From NCBI GenBank assembly GCA_002269645.1, contig NIVC01003158.1:62001-126000 (forward strand): a DNA stretch of 64,000 nt, written 5' to 3'. Made by a program: the position numbers and the translations under genes. The notes under the pieces were generated by a model. That model was not told the DNA's origin. It searched no databases and saw only the letters and a list, made by a program, of their open reading frames with translations. Numbering within the stretch: the stretch's first letter is position 1; every line of letters starts with the position of its first letter. Source of the stretch: Macrostomum lignano (Eukaryota). Of the stretch, positions 35,025 through 63,612 are shown piece after piece.

Positions 35025-35298
35025 ATCAGAGATATGAAGTGTCAGAGATATGAAGTGTCAGAGACATGAAGTGTCAGAGACATGAAGTGTCAGAGACATG
35101 AAGTGTCAGAGATATGAAATGTCAGAGATATGAAGTGTCAGAGATATGAAAAGTCAGAGATATGAAGTGTCAGAGATATGAAATGTCAGAGATACTGTAC
35201 GAAGTGTCAGAGATATGAAAAGTCAGAGATATGAAGTGTCAGAGACATGAAGTGTCAGAGATATGAAACTTTGGTGTTATGAAGTGTCGGGAGATACG
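35025..35298. repeat. 16-bp tandem repeat TCAGAGATATGAAGTG
   Basis: Direct reading. Confidence 0.93.
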
Positions 35299-35990
35299 AA
35301 ACCCCCTGTTTTCGTGATGCACAAACTCAGCCACGAGCATCCACTCTCAGCCACATGCTTTATTTTACATTGAGCCTGAAGTGAGGCGAGAACACAGCAG
35401 ACACACACAAGAAAACATTGAGAAAAGTTTAATTTAAAGTTCAGATGCCTGCTTCGTACCACGCACTCAGAATGCAGAAGAATAAATTATTGACGTTAAT
35501 CCACACTCTTTTATAGCCTGTGGCCATAGACATAACCAACGTAAGCTGTGGCTTGATGGAAGGGTTGTTGCTTAATCTACGAGCTAGCTCGCGTAGGAAG
35601 ATTTATACATGTACAGTGCCAGACTTCTGTCAGCAGCGATTTTCCAGTCGACGCCTTAAAATCAAAAGAGATGGACTTTCTAGCCGTTGCGGTGGGCATA
35701 GTGGCGAATACTTGCTTTAAAATTTTCTACTTGATTGTCTTTTAACCAGAGAACAGAGCCTTGAAACAGCTTGCTTGGCTTGCAGTGGAAAATAGGTCAT
35801 GGTTTTGGTCACGATTTCATAAAAAAGTTATTTCTAGTCAATGCCAAATAATTATTCGAATACTTTTGAACAATTTTTGGGTCTATTTGAATAACTTAAA
35901 ATGAATTTGTCAATTTTATATGATTTTTTACTGAATGATTTCTTTATTAATATTTAAATGCAACTCAATGCTTCAATTGGATATAATAAT

Positions 35991-36266
35991 ATTGGGCTAG
36001 TTTTGCAACCGACAGCTCAGCCGCAGCTATTGCGTTGCGCATCTGAAGGCTGCGTACGGCTGTTCAGTCCAAGGACTGGGGGGTCGCCACACTCACCCTC
36101 AATTACCCCAGCTAATGCTGGCACCCATTTTACAGCTGGATGAACTGAAGCGATGCAGAGTTAAGTGTCTTGCTCAAGGACACAATGTGATCCGGTGGGA
36201 TCGGGGATCGAACCCCCGGCCTTCAAGTCGTGAGCCTGACGCTCTGACCACTGGGCTACAACCCCC
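35991..36266 (-). mobile_element. tRNA-derived SINE with CORE-like central domain, copy 2
   Basis: Minus strand: GTAGCCCAGTGG (A box), GGTTCGATCCCC (B box), GTGTCCTTGAGCAAGACACTTAAC...CAGCTGTAAAATGGG; ATT tail. Confidence 0.82.
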
Positions 36267-36337
36267 TGAGTTTAATTTAACTTGATGCAAACCTTGGCCG
36301 CAAGCCGAACCCGCTGTAATCGCATGAGTCGCATCTT

Positions 36338-36563
36338 CGCGAATCGCCAGGTTTACAAAAAAACACAAGGAACATCGCGAATCGCCAGGTTTACAAAAAA
36401 CACAAGGAACATCGCGAATCGCCAGGTTTACAAAAAACACAAGGAACATCGCGAATCGCCAGGTTTACAAAAAACACAAGGAACATCGCGAATCGCCAGG
36501 TTTACAAAAAACACAAGGAACATCGCGAATCACCAGGTTTACAAAAAAACACAAGGAACATCG
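36338..36563. repeat. 37-bp tandem repeat CGCGAATCGCCAGGTTTACAAAAAACACAAGGAACAT, about 6 units
   Basis: Direct reading; no spacers. Confidence 0.93.
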
Positions 36564-36747
36564 CCTGCATGCAGAACGGATCGCGGAAAACAAGATGAAG
36601 CTGAAGTGCGGGTGAAACTTGATACTCGACTTCGCGGCCGCACCTCGCATGGCAGGAAATTCCAACCAGCTTCAAGCGTTTCTTCCGGCCTTCTTTCTTG
36701 GAAAATTTAAATCAAGTCAGGAAACTTTATTCTGGGGCTTTCTAGGA

Positions 36748-39700
36748 ATGCTCAGCGCACAAAGCATGAGAGCCACCAGCCCGAAGGTGATGCTGGTCAA
36801 TGGCAGCCAGACCATGGAACGCCTCGTCAACCTTCCAGCCGGTCGCCGCGGCGGCGGAGACGGCGCAGACGGCGGCGGAGGCATCGATGCCGAAGGCTCC
36901 TCGGACGGCTGCTACAGCGTGCTGAAGTCCATCATGTTCTTTTTTAATGGCATCTTCTGGGTGAGCTTCATACTGCCATTCGATCAGTCTCTCCCTGCAT
37001 CTCCTCTCTCTCCCTGCCTCATTCCCTCCCAGCCTCTCTCCCTGACTGCATCTCCTCCCTATTTTTCCATCCCTGCCTCTCCTCCCTACCTCTCCCTCCC
37101 TGCCTCTCCCTCACTACCTCTCCTCCCTACCTCTCGCTCCCTGCTTTTTCTGCCTCTCTCCCAGTCACCAGACTCCACTTTGTTGTGCACGGCCTGACTT
37201 CAGCTGCTGGGCGTGGCCACCTTCAGCGTGGGCATCGCCATCCACACCGACCGCGAGTTCCGTGTGGCGGTGGCCGGCTACGTTCCCGGCGCGGGCACCG
37301 GAGCCAGCATCTTCATAGTTGTCGGCGTTGCCATGGTTACCACAGGATTTCTTGGCTGCTGCGGCGCGATCCGAGAGAGCCAGTGCATGCTGCTGTCGGT
37401 GAGAGAGGCGGGTGGGATCCGGGTAGAGCTTTACAGGGGACTGGGAGCACTGAGTAAAAAGCCGAACCCGAACCCTGACAGCTTTTGACAGATAAAATTT
37501 GCTGTTTACTTGTAAGCAGCTGACAGTCAAAATTCGCACTACCACTGATTTTGAGGGGTCGCTATCACAAACCCGAAACATCACAAACCTGAAATATCAC
37601 AAACCCGAAACATCACAAACCCGAAATATCACAAACCCGAAATATCACAACTCCTATATATAGTTGTAGCAATGCCTAGCACTATTTTGGTTTTCGGAGT
37701 TACGATATTTCGGGGTTATGATATTTCGGGTTTGTGATATTTCGGGTTTGTGATGTTTCGGGTTTGTGATGTTTCGGGTTTGTGATGTTTCGGGTTTGTG
37801 ATGTTTCGGGTTTGTGATGTTTCGGGTTTGTGATGTTTCGGGTTTGTGATATTTCAGGTTTGTGATGTTTCGGGTTTGTGATATTTCGGGTTTGTGATAT
37901 TTCGGGTTTGTGATGTTTCGGGTTTGTGATGGAAAGCGCTTTTTGGAGTTTTGATTTTTCGGGTTTATAATGCCGGCCCCCCATTTTGAGCTTGGATTTA
38001 ACAAAATTTAGGCTAAAGAGACAAAAATGATTAGAATAATTATTTAAAACAAAGCAAAGCAATTAAACAAACTTCCATTTTTATCGAAAAGTGCAGCCCT
38101 GGCTGCCGGTGCTGCCTGATGCTGGGACCGGGCGGTCTGATGAAGCGCTGCACGCATTGATTGACAGATACGAGCGTATTTTGCCTCTGGGGGAATAAAA
38201 AATTGCTTGCCACTTATTCCTGCAATAATTATTGCAATCTTTGCAGCGGCTCTGAAGCATGAATAGAATGTTACAGAACTGTATGGGATTAGTATTGCTT
38301 TATTGATAGCAATAAAACATGCAGTATCAGGTACGCAAGGTGCAATATACATACATGTAGTGTAAAATCAGCTGACGCCTCAAGTCACCCCGGAGTCCCG
38401 AATCTTCCCATCGCAGTTTTTCGTCATCCTCTCGGCCGTGTTCACGATGCTCATCGGAGCGGGAATCTGGGCCGCCGCATCCAAGGACCAGCTGTCCGCC
38501 CTGCTGTCTGGCGAGCTGGAGAGGCGGGTGGCAACTTACAGCACCGACCTGGCCAGCAGGGACATCATGGACACCGTGCAGAACCTGGTGCGCTGCTGTG
38601 GGTTTGGGCGTTGGGTTTCCGGTTCTGGTGCTTCACTACTCACGTCTCACCCTCACGTCTCACCCTCTCCCCATCACGTCTCACCCTCTTGCCTTCACGT
38701 CTCACCCTCTCCTCTGACGTCTCACCTTCTTTCCCTCACATCTCACCCTCTCCCCATCACGTCTCACCCTTACGTCTCTCTCTCTCCCCATCACGTCTCA
38801 CCCTTACGTCTCTCTCTCTCCCCATCACGTCTCACCCTCTTGCCTTCATGTCTCACATTCTTTTCCTCACATCCCACCCTCTTCCTTTACGTCTCCCCTC
38901 TTGCCCTCACGTCCCACCACCCCACTGTGAGGTGAATGTACATGTAGAAGGCACATTGTTTACATGTATTCGAGTGTGACGACATACTGTAAGAGGTAAC
39001 ATACATGTATGTATTAAGACATGTCCATGCATTTAATACTGTCACGTTATTGATGTTGGCCGTGACCCTTAAAAGGGCCGTTTTAGTCCCAAAATAAGTT
39101 GGAGTCAACTCAGGCGAAGTGGATGGTGTAGCGGAGCACTTGGCAATAAGGGCAGGAAACTGCCGTAGTCGTTTTTATTATCAATATAAATAGTAAGTTG
39201 GTTGTTACTGGCAAATAACAAACTATGGTTTCCTGGGCACTGGCGGCTGCAACAATGGTTTCTTTCAAGATAAATCGGATGAGTGTTCAAGCGACAGACG
39301 AGTGATGTAATGGCGACGTGACGTGAGCAGTGGCTATGAGCACAGTGAAGGCAGTGAAACGTAGTGGCGAGTTTGGCGTCGGTCGTGGCGTGAGACAGTC
39401 AAGTAAGTGTGTGAGCAGGCTGGCCCAGACAGAGGGGCCGTGGTGAGAAATAAGGAGGCTCTAGGCAGCCAGACAAACAGATGAGACAGCCAGGGAAGGA
39501 GAGAAGAAACGGGACAGGAGAGACGAAAAACGTGAGGGGTGCCCGCCGCCAGGCGGGGGGGGTTTAATAAAAGAGCGCAGAGGGGGGTAGCGCGAGCACG
39601 AGTGATTTCATTGGCTGGCGAGAGAACTTAAAATTATCGATCGTGCCAATTTTATACGGTCGCGAGAGAGGGTAGCAAAATATACAGTGAGTTAGAAATT

Positions 39701-40598
39701 GCCACAAAATCGTTGGGCATTACTACAAGTAAACGTCGCAATAAACGAATGGAAAAGTTTAGTTGAAACGGTGAAACTGAAGGGTTGAATGACTATGGAG
39801 AACAGCAGTCCAACGGCCCTTTTCGGGACCACCTTAAACTGACAACGTCACAAATACATAAAAATGCAGAGTATAAAACTCATTGATAATGGTGGCCCTT
39901 AGAAAGGTCGTTTAACAGTAGGAATACCAAGCCCTTTTCCCGCTCGTGGAACTACCAAGGAGGGGAGGGGGAATTCCCGCATTGGTAGTTTCACCGTTAA
40001 CGTATTAACTTTAAAGTCTAAGTCACAAGACAGCACCATTACATCACTCTTTCAGCTTTCTCCAAACTCTCCCGATCCCCTCTTCTCACTCTCCAGTTTC
40101 TTGTTCTCAGTCCCGGGTTCTTTGAATTTCACCCTCCGTTACAATACGCGGCTCCCCTCGCCAGTTCGAGTGCTGCGGCGCCCAGCACGGCGGCTCGGAC
40201 TATCAGCGCCGGGGCCTCGAGGTGCCCAGCAGCTGCGCCAGGCGGTTCCGCAGCAAAGACGGTTGTTACCACAGAATTAGCGACTCGCTTGTGGCCAACC
40301 TGGCCCGCGTCACGGGCACCGGCGTTAGCATTGCGTTTGTAGTTGTGAGAGACGCAAGTTTTTATTTGCTCAAGCTAAAAAAAGCTAGCAATTTGCGCTA
40401 GCTCGTACTAGCTTACTGCAATAAGTAGTTCGACTAGCATTTTTTCAATAAAATGAGCAAAAAATCAAACTGAGAAGCTACACTTTCACTCCATTCCAGC
40501 TGCTAGGGATGGTTCTGTCAATGATGATCTTCTGCAACCTGCGTGATCTGCAGAGCCATCAGCATGGCCCCCATGGAGTTCGGAGGCGGCAGCCTTAA
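36748..40598 (+). CDS. Tetraspanin; exons ~36748-36960, 37204-37398, 38417-38587, 40165-40344, 40500-40598
   Basis: LKSIMFFFNGIFW|LLG (TM1), GFLGCCGAIRESQCML, FFVILSAVF (TM3), FECCG...VPSSC...GCY (large-loop cysteines), LLGMVLSMMIFC (TM4); all junctions phase 0. Start ATG uncertain (36748, 36766 or 36814). Confidence 0.92.
37565..37945. repeat. 16-bp-module arrays (TTTCGGGTTTGTGAT[A/G]) in inverted orientation
   Basis: 37565-37650 reads ATCACAAACCCGAA; 37700-37930 reads the reverse complement. Confidence 0.88.
39040..39852. mobile_element. Solo LTR (813 bp) in tetraspanin intron 3
   Basis: Starts TGTCACGTT, ends AACGTCACA; 5-bp TSD AATAC (39035-39039 and 39853-39857). Confidence 0.78.
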
Positions 40599-41428
40599 AC
40601 ACTTATTTTCTTATTTAACTTCGAAATATACACTCTGAAGAGCGTGCTGCAGTGAAGCACACTTGTTCACACAGTGCTATAGAATTGGAGTTATTAAGCT
40701 CGTGCAGAACCTGGTGCGCTGCTGTCTGTGGGTTTGGGCGTTGAGTTCTGGTGCTTCACTACTCACGTCTCACCCTTACGTCTCTCTCTCTCCCCATAAC
40801 GTCTCACCCTTGCCTTCACGTCTCACCCTCTCCTCTGACGCCTCACCTTCTTTCCCTCACATCTCACCCTCTCCTCATCACGTCTCACCCTCTTGCCTTC
40901 ACATCTGCACGATTCCAAGTGCAGTCGCATTAATTTGGGGCTAAATTGGAATCTCGGCAAGGCTCAGTTTAAAATTTATTAGCGAAATTCTGGCCAGTAG
41001 ATGTAAATTGAAAATGTCTCTCGAAGTTATTTAACTTCAATACAAGCTAAATTCACTGCATCGACAGGGCTTTTGCGACAGCAAATCGCCTGAGTAATTA
41101 GTTCAGCAATTACGGCTGGCGGCTCCCAGCAGGAAGAAGACAATATTGAAGATGAAGAATACAAGGGGATGCTGGAACCAGGTACATGTACTTTCGACGG
41201 ATGAGTTAAGTCCAAGACTGAGGCATAATTCACGAAAGCGAATTTTCACGGATACAATTGTTAGCCTTCAGGTGACTGCTGGGGCCGATTTGACGAAGCT
41301 TACCAGCTACACCTTTTTACTTTCTATTTTGAAAAATCTGCACTAGCAGTGGCTCAACCAATATATGGCCTGAATTCTGTCATGCGATGCCTCGCGGATC
41401 ACATGTCAGACTTGTAGCACTGGTGTTG

Positions 41429-43382
41429 ATCAAGTATTGGTTTTGTCAGCCTAACTGAGAATAAAGCCATCCAAAGTGAGAATCCTGCCTACGCTGACTG
41501 CGAAGGGCCTGGCTGCGTGCAGCCTTAGTCTATGGGCCATAGACTATAAAGGACAAGCAAAGTGATAAAAAGCCATCCAATGTGAGAATCGATTGGTCTA
41601 TGCGTCGCATTCTTTTATTTTTATACCTTCTGAGCCATATGACTAGCCAATAGCTTGAACGGAATAACGGAAACAGGAACACACTGGATGATACAGTACA
41701 GTAAAGTAAAGAGTTAAAATAGCCGTCCCTCAATGCACTGGCCAAAGATTCGTCTGCAATGCAGGTCCCACGCGGCAGCCTTCCCAGCAGTGACTGTGTC
41801 GTCAATCGCTTCGCGCGCCTCCCTCTCGAACAGCATGTTCCTGTTTCCGTTATTCCGTTCAAGCTATTGGCTAGTCATATGGCTCAGAAGGTATAAAAAT
41901 AAAAGAATACGACTAGGGGTGTTCGGGGTTCGGGGTCGGGTCGGGTTTCGGGTCGGGTTTTGGTACCGGGTTCGGGGTTCGGGGTAGGTGTTCCGGGTCG
42001 GGTTCGGGGTTCGGGGTAGGGGTACCGGGTTCGGGGTTCGGGTCGGGTTTGGCCACCGGGTTTTCGGGGTTTAGAACAATTATCATTCTCAAGAGTATTT
42101 TCAAGCACTTTTTACTCCTTATGCAAAATCCACAATGCGAAAGATATGCATTGAGTTTCAGGTACAACTTAAGTTATATTTTACATACAATTTGAAACGG
42201 AAATAGCAGATAGAACCATGGATTCATTTACACTTTCTGGTAAATAACGATTGTCGTTTTTCGACCCATTCAGTCTTGCAGTTGATGATTTAAAAAATTA
42301 CGTTCAGTAATAATTTTACATGTGCTACGTGTAACATGGTCTGAACTTCTGGATTGGATGAGGAAGCTTAAAATTTATAAATACACTATTATTCTCCACG
42401 CATCAGTCGCCAATAATCAATTATCACAATGATTACCTACTCATATCAGCATACAATTTTATGTAAAGACGTCACTTTAGTTTTTACATAGCAATTCTGT
42501 TATACCACTACTGACTTACTGTTAACTGTAGTCAAAAGTAAAAAAATATATATATTTGTGATTAACTCTCCCGTTTCATTGTATCATTGTTTTATCTGTG
42601 CTATCTCTTTATCGCTCTAGTTCTATCTCTACTGATATCTACACTACAGGGTATAATCTAATTTTATTGTACTCTATTTTTGCAGCTTAAATAAACTCAT
42701 AGATGTAATATTACTATGAAAGCAATTTCGTTGTAAGTATATAGGTACGAAATGGTCCTGATTTTAGTTGTGAACTTTCATGTATCTTACTATTAGATCT
42801 TGGGTCTTGGTATTCCTTCCATCTCAATCCCAATCCCATTGCAAGAAGTGTTTCATATTTCTTTTCCTAGTTGTAGAGTAGCTAAGGGAAATAAAGCCAC
42901 AAGGCTAAGTGGTTGAAGCTGTTAAGGCACATCTCAATGTATAAAACTGATTTTAAAACTGAAATTCAAAATTAAAAACTGAAAAATTGAAAACTGAAAA
43001 CTGAATTTATTAAAATGATTGACCAAAATAAGCGTGAAAATGTTCGGGGTTACGTTCGGGGTCGGGTCGGGTTTTGGTACCGGGTTCGGGGTTCGGGGTT
43101 GGAAGAAATGTTCGGGACGGGGTTCGGGGTTCGGGGTAGGGGTACCGGGTTCGGGGTGAACCCCGAACCCCGAAAAAATGGCCGACCCGAACACCCCTAA
43201 ATACGACGCATAGACCAATCGATTCTCACATTGGATGGCTTTTTATCACTTTGCTTGTCCTTTATAGTCTATGGCCCATAGACTAAGGCTGCACGCAGCC
43301 AGGCCCTTCGCAGTCAGCGTAGGCAGGATTCTCACTTTGGATGGCTTTATTCTCAGTTAGGCTGACAAAAGCAATAGTTGAT
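41429..43382. mobile_element. Foldback/MITE-like element with about 240-bp inverted arms, interrupted by a hAT insertion
   Basis: 41429-41676 is the reverse complement of 41836-41913 joined to 43208-43382. Confidence 0.8.
41914..43199. mobile_element. Non-autonomous hAT-type DNA transposon (1286 bp)
   Basis: TIRs TAGGGGTGTTCGGG / CCCGAACACCCCTA; 8-bp TSD AATACGAC (41906-41913 and 43200-43207); subterminal TTCGGGG/GGGTC arrays; no transposase ORF. Confidence 0.9.
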
Positions 43383-43475
43383 ACTTCGCAAGTTTTCATA
43401 TCCCATTCTCAGGGGTTTAACTGTTTCTCAGTCAATCAGAAATTAGCATTTTGTCTATGGCCTAATCTGATGGAA

Positions 43476-43576
43476 GCCGTAGCCTAGTGCTCTAGCGAGG
43501 CGCTCTTATGTGCCAGCGGCCCAGGCTCGATTCCAAGTGCAGTCGCATTAATTTGGGGCTAAATTGGAATCTCGGC
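43476..43576 (+). mobile_element. Probable tRNA-derived SINE head; 49-bp piece repeated at 40910-40958
   Basis: A-box-like GTAGCCTAGTG and B-box-like GGCTCGATTCC; exact 49-bp match elsewhere. Confidence 0.45.
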
Positions 43577-44369
43577 TTGGCTCTGCTCGTGCAATCAACA
43601 CCCTTCAGGGCCAACCACCAAGGCACAGTGAAGTGCGCATGTCTAGCGATAAATAAAGTCTGTGCCCAACTTGTCTCTATGCTGTAGGCTCTCAATTTAA
43701 AAGAGGTGCGTTTTCCAGCTGAGCATGACAACAGTAATTTTATTAAAACTGCAATCACTGAGACCATTGAACAGTGCTGCAGGGGTTACAATATAATAAC
43801 AATACATATAGACGCAATTTGGGCTAAAAACATTGGAGGAGAAGCAAAGCCTAAGCGAGAAACTGTGTGGTATATTTGTTAGCCAAATTGTACAGCAGTC
43901 AGAGCGAACTGAATAGAACAGCATATATTCATATGCAATTATTTGTCTCAGTAAGAGATTCAACAGCAGCTGAGGGGCTGTGGCAAGCGGTGGAGTTGGC
44001 CTGCAGGCAGCGGTTGGCGAGCACCGCACACTCCTGATAGGCCCGTGTAGACAAAAGTGCAGGTAAAAATCCAGCTAAAATTGGTAGCTATATAAAAGTG
44101 CACTGGCTGCTACTCACAGTTCAGTAGCCAGCAAAGCGCACGGCATGCAGCTGCACTGCTTAGCAAGTACAAAAACTGATAGGGCGCTACATTTAAGGGC
44201 TTTGAAGGTTTAACACAGAGAAGCGAATGGAGTTGGTTGGGCGCGGTTTGGGCTTTTAGCCTGCACAAACAATTGAAATTCAATAAAGCTAGCATATAAT
44301 TTAAAGCTGCACTTTTCCTTACGAGCACATATGCATAAAGTTCAGTTTTTGTGTGGAGTGAGGTGGCTG

Positions 44370-44722
44370 GCGAGTCTCTGACCCCGGAAAGGGGTGGGTG
44401 GCGATTCTCTGTCCCCGGAGTGAGGTGGGTGGCGATTCTCTGTCCCTGGAGTGAGGTGGGTGGCGATTCTCTGTCCCCGGAGTGAGGTGGGTGGCGATTC
44501 TTCTGTCCCTGGAGTGGGGTGGGTGACGATCCTCTGTCCCGGGAGTGGGGTGGGTAGCGATTCTCTGTCCCGGGAGTGGGGTGGGTGACGATTCTCTGTC
44601 CCCGGAGTGGGGTGGGTGACGATTCTCTGTCCCCGGAGTGGGGTGGGTGACGATCCTCTGTCCCGGGAGTGGGGTGGGTGACGATCCTCTGTCCCGGGAG
44701 TGGGGTGGGTGGTGATTCTCTG
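44370..44722. repeat. 31-bp G-rich tandem repeat GGAGTGGGGTGGGTGACGATTCTCTGTCCCC
   Basis: Direct reading; about 11 units. Confidence 0.93.
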
Positions 44723-45462
44723 TCGACGGAGTGGGTTTGGAACAATAAAAGTATGAACCGATTAAAGGGGGCACGGGACACTGAATTGAATAAAATTTAT
44801 AAAATATATTCTGGTTAATAGTGACTGAGAGCAGAAAAATAAAGTAGCAATTACAAACAATTAAAGCTAAGCCTATAATTCGAGATTAACAAGTGAAACA
44901 TCATATGCAATTTGAACTAAACGATTTGATCACAAACAATGCGAGCATATAAAAACTTAGCGATGACAGAGGCGTTACTGAACTAAAAACAATCTCTCTG
45001 CCAACCAGCCTGAGTATGCATAAAAAATAAAACTTAGCTATCACAAAACAAAGGACATTTTAGGGCATTCATAAGTCCCAAAAGCATGAAAAGTGCAAAT
45101 ATACAATAAAGTGGCCCAGAAAGTGCAGGTCGCGCAATCAATCAATAAATACTTGTATAAAAGAGCGCACTGCAAAAAACTAGTAAAGTGCATAAAGTAC
45201 TTTGTAAAAAGGGCAATAAAACACAGAGCACAGACCCCGCATTCGCAGTTAATAGACAGAAAATCCATCAGGTGGCTGGAGCATCTGACTCAGACTAGAC
45301 AAATGAGGATTAAGCCAAAGTGAGTGAAGAGTTCAAACACAGGTAAACCAGCTAGGGAAGTCAATTAGCATAGGGGGTGCACGGCAACAAATAAAGTTAA
45401 TACAAACTGTATTAAATAACAGCACATCCACAAACAAGTGACTGGTTCCAACAGCTCAGGAT

Positions 45463-61284
<15,822 letters not shown>

Positions 61285-63612
61285 TTATAATTATGTAGGA
61301 TCTCTGTTGAGCTGGCAGCCTCATGAATTCAGTTAAATTACTTTCATATGTCTAACTTGTATCTAACACATTTTAAACTCAATAGTCCAAATTTTAGAGA
61401 TAGAAATTTCTACGAGTATTTCAAGACCAAAGCCAATCTTAAAACAATAGGTATTGCTTAGAAAAAGTACATTTTGCTATCTTAAACAATAGTTTAACAT
61501 AATAATTATAGTAGGCCCCTATATCTTCTATTAGGCTTAAAAATAAAAACAATAGTAGGCTTAACTTGAATCTTAGTACGCTTGTAATATTTTAGGTATA
61601 ATTTTGACATATTTTATGCTTAAAAACAGTAGAATATAGATGGGACCACAGTATTCTGTGGATGGGACATTGACTATAGTTAAAGAGATTCTGGCACTGG
61701 CACAAAACATTTTTAAATCAGGATTAGAACTCAATTCAGTCAATCAGTTTTTTTTTCTAATATTTTTATGTCTTTTAAGTAAAAAATATGCTTGACTTTG
61801 GCTTAGCAAAAATGCATAAGTATTAAATTAAAATCTCGGCAATCCTACACTTCCGTTCAGTAAATTATTTTGACATTTGAATTCGTATTATTGTGCCTAC
61901 TATCATCAGAAAATTTCTAATCAAAAATTGAAATTTTGAAGAAAATTGGTTGAGCAACTTTCCTATAATCAATCGCATACCTAGATAGTTACTTCAGTTG
62001 AAACCTCTTAATATTCAAGTAGGCCTATATGCCTACATTTAACTTTTTTGCAAAGCTAAGCTAGGCCAAAAAATATGATATGGTGACCTTTCGAAGAAAA
62101 GTGAATATACACTTAAGGAATCTATTGTCTTTGTGGACTACAAGCCTTGTTAAGATAGTTATTATTGCTTCTTTTTAAAGCACATTTATGCCCACACTAA
62201 AATAATAAAAAATATGTTTTGTACCACTAACAAATTGTTTTTTTAACTGCTGCCGATAACTAAAAATGTACTTTTTTAAACTGACCCCAGCGCGGTTCGA
62301 AATATCCGGTTGAGCCATGGTCGGGCCCACGGGATCGACCCAAATTAAGCCTAATATTGGTAATATTCCACCCACGGACTAATTAGGTAAATAAGTTGAT
62401 AAAAGTACTCATTAGTCCGTGATCCTCTACCTTATAAAATACGGAAATCATAATTAAAACTGTGCTATTTCTTGTATTTGTCACTCCATAAAATTGCAGC
62501 TATTGCATAGAATTATTTTGTTTCCGCGAGAAAAAATTGACGGAAACAAATGTGAAATTCCACTAAAACGAATAAGGTGCGGTACCTTCTACATGCATGT
62601 TTATACAAAATGAAATGAACAGCTGAATATTAATACACACCCGTAACTTCTGTACATGTACATGTACCATGGACAACTAGAGTAGAAGGACGTTACACTC
62701 GGCTTTCGTGGAAATCGGGCTGGAGGCCAAATTTTTGCGTAAATACACTAGCGAGATGGAGGAATATAAAATTTTTCATGCGAGATAGGCAGCTAAATTT
62801 GAGTCGAAGAAGCTGTGACGTTCTTATTTTGATATAAGTTGAAAGCATTATTGCTTTGTTGAATTTTATAAGGCTTTCAACGCGAAAGTGTAGCATTCTA
62901 CTTTTTTCATTTACATTATAATTATAATTATAAGGCATACTCTACTCTAGTAGTCATGTGGCCTATCTAGTAGTACAGTATTCCCTACTATTATTAATAT
63001 TAGGCTATGCATGTCTACTGTATTCAGTAATGGACAATGACCAAGCCAGTCTATACATCCAGCCTGTGTACTATCTGTAGTAGATCTCAAATCTCATGCC
63101 TATGATCAATATACTTAGTATATTATAGGGTAGCTTTAGTTTTTGTTTACTTTGATTTGAAATGGTTGTTTTGTAACAGAAAACTGTTATTGATTTGTGT
63201 CTATGCCATCTGTAGACTCGAACTCAGATGTCAGACATCCCAAACACAATCATTACCTCAAAGTTTGATTTACTTAGAATTATTACTGATTTATGATAAT
63301 ATCATATTTATATGATACTATTTAAAGTCTTAATGGCTAATTGTCATTGATTGTTTTGCTCTTTAATACTTAAAAATTGTATAATCTGCCTACTGTATGT
63401 CATTTTTTGTTTTTGTCTTAGGTATGTATATGTTTATGTATATATTTATTAGTATATTTCTTTTTTGTCAATTTGAATATAAAGAAATTACAACATATTA
63501 ATTATGCTTAGTATCCTATTCATTTTGTCTTTCTGAAAGAAACTGAGTAATAAAAAATAATAATAAAATGTTATTCCTTTGCTTTATTATTGTCAATGTC
63601 TGTCGTTAATTA

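Noticed and set aside
36195-36266. SINE heads (also 25410-25484) as functional tRNA genes
   Set aside because: Cloverleaf is imperfect and continues into a shared SINE body and tail.
36338-36563. 37-bp repeats as a CRISPR array
   Set aside because: No spacers; plain minisatellite.
41914-42075. GGGGTTC runs as telomere or interstitial telomere
   Set aside because: They are subterminal repeats inside a TIR- and TSD-bounded hAT element.
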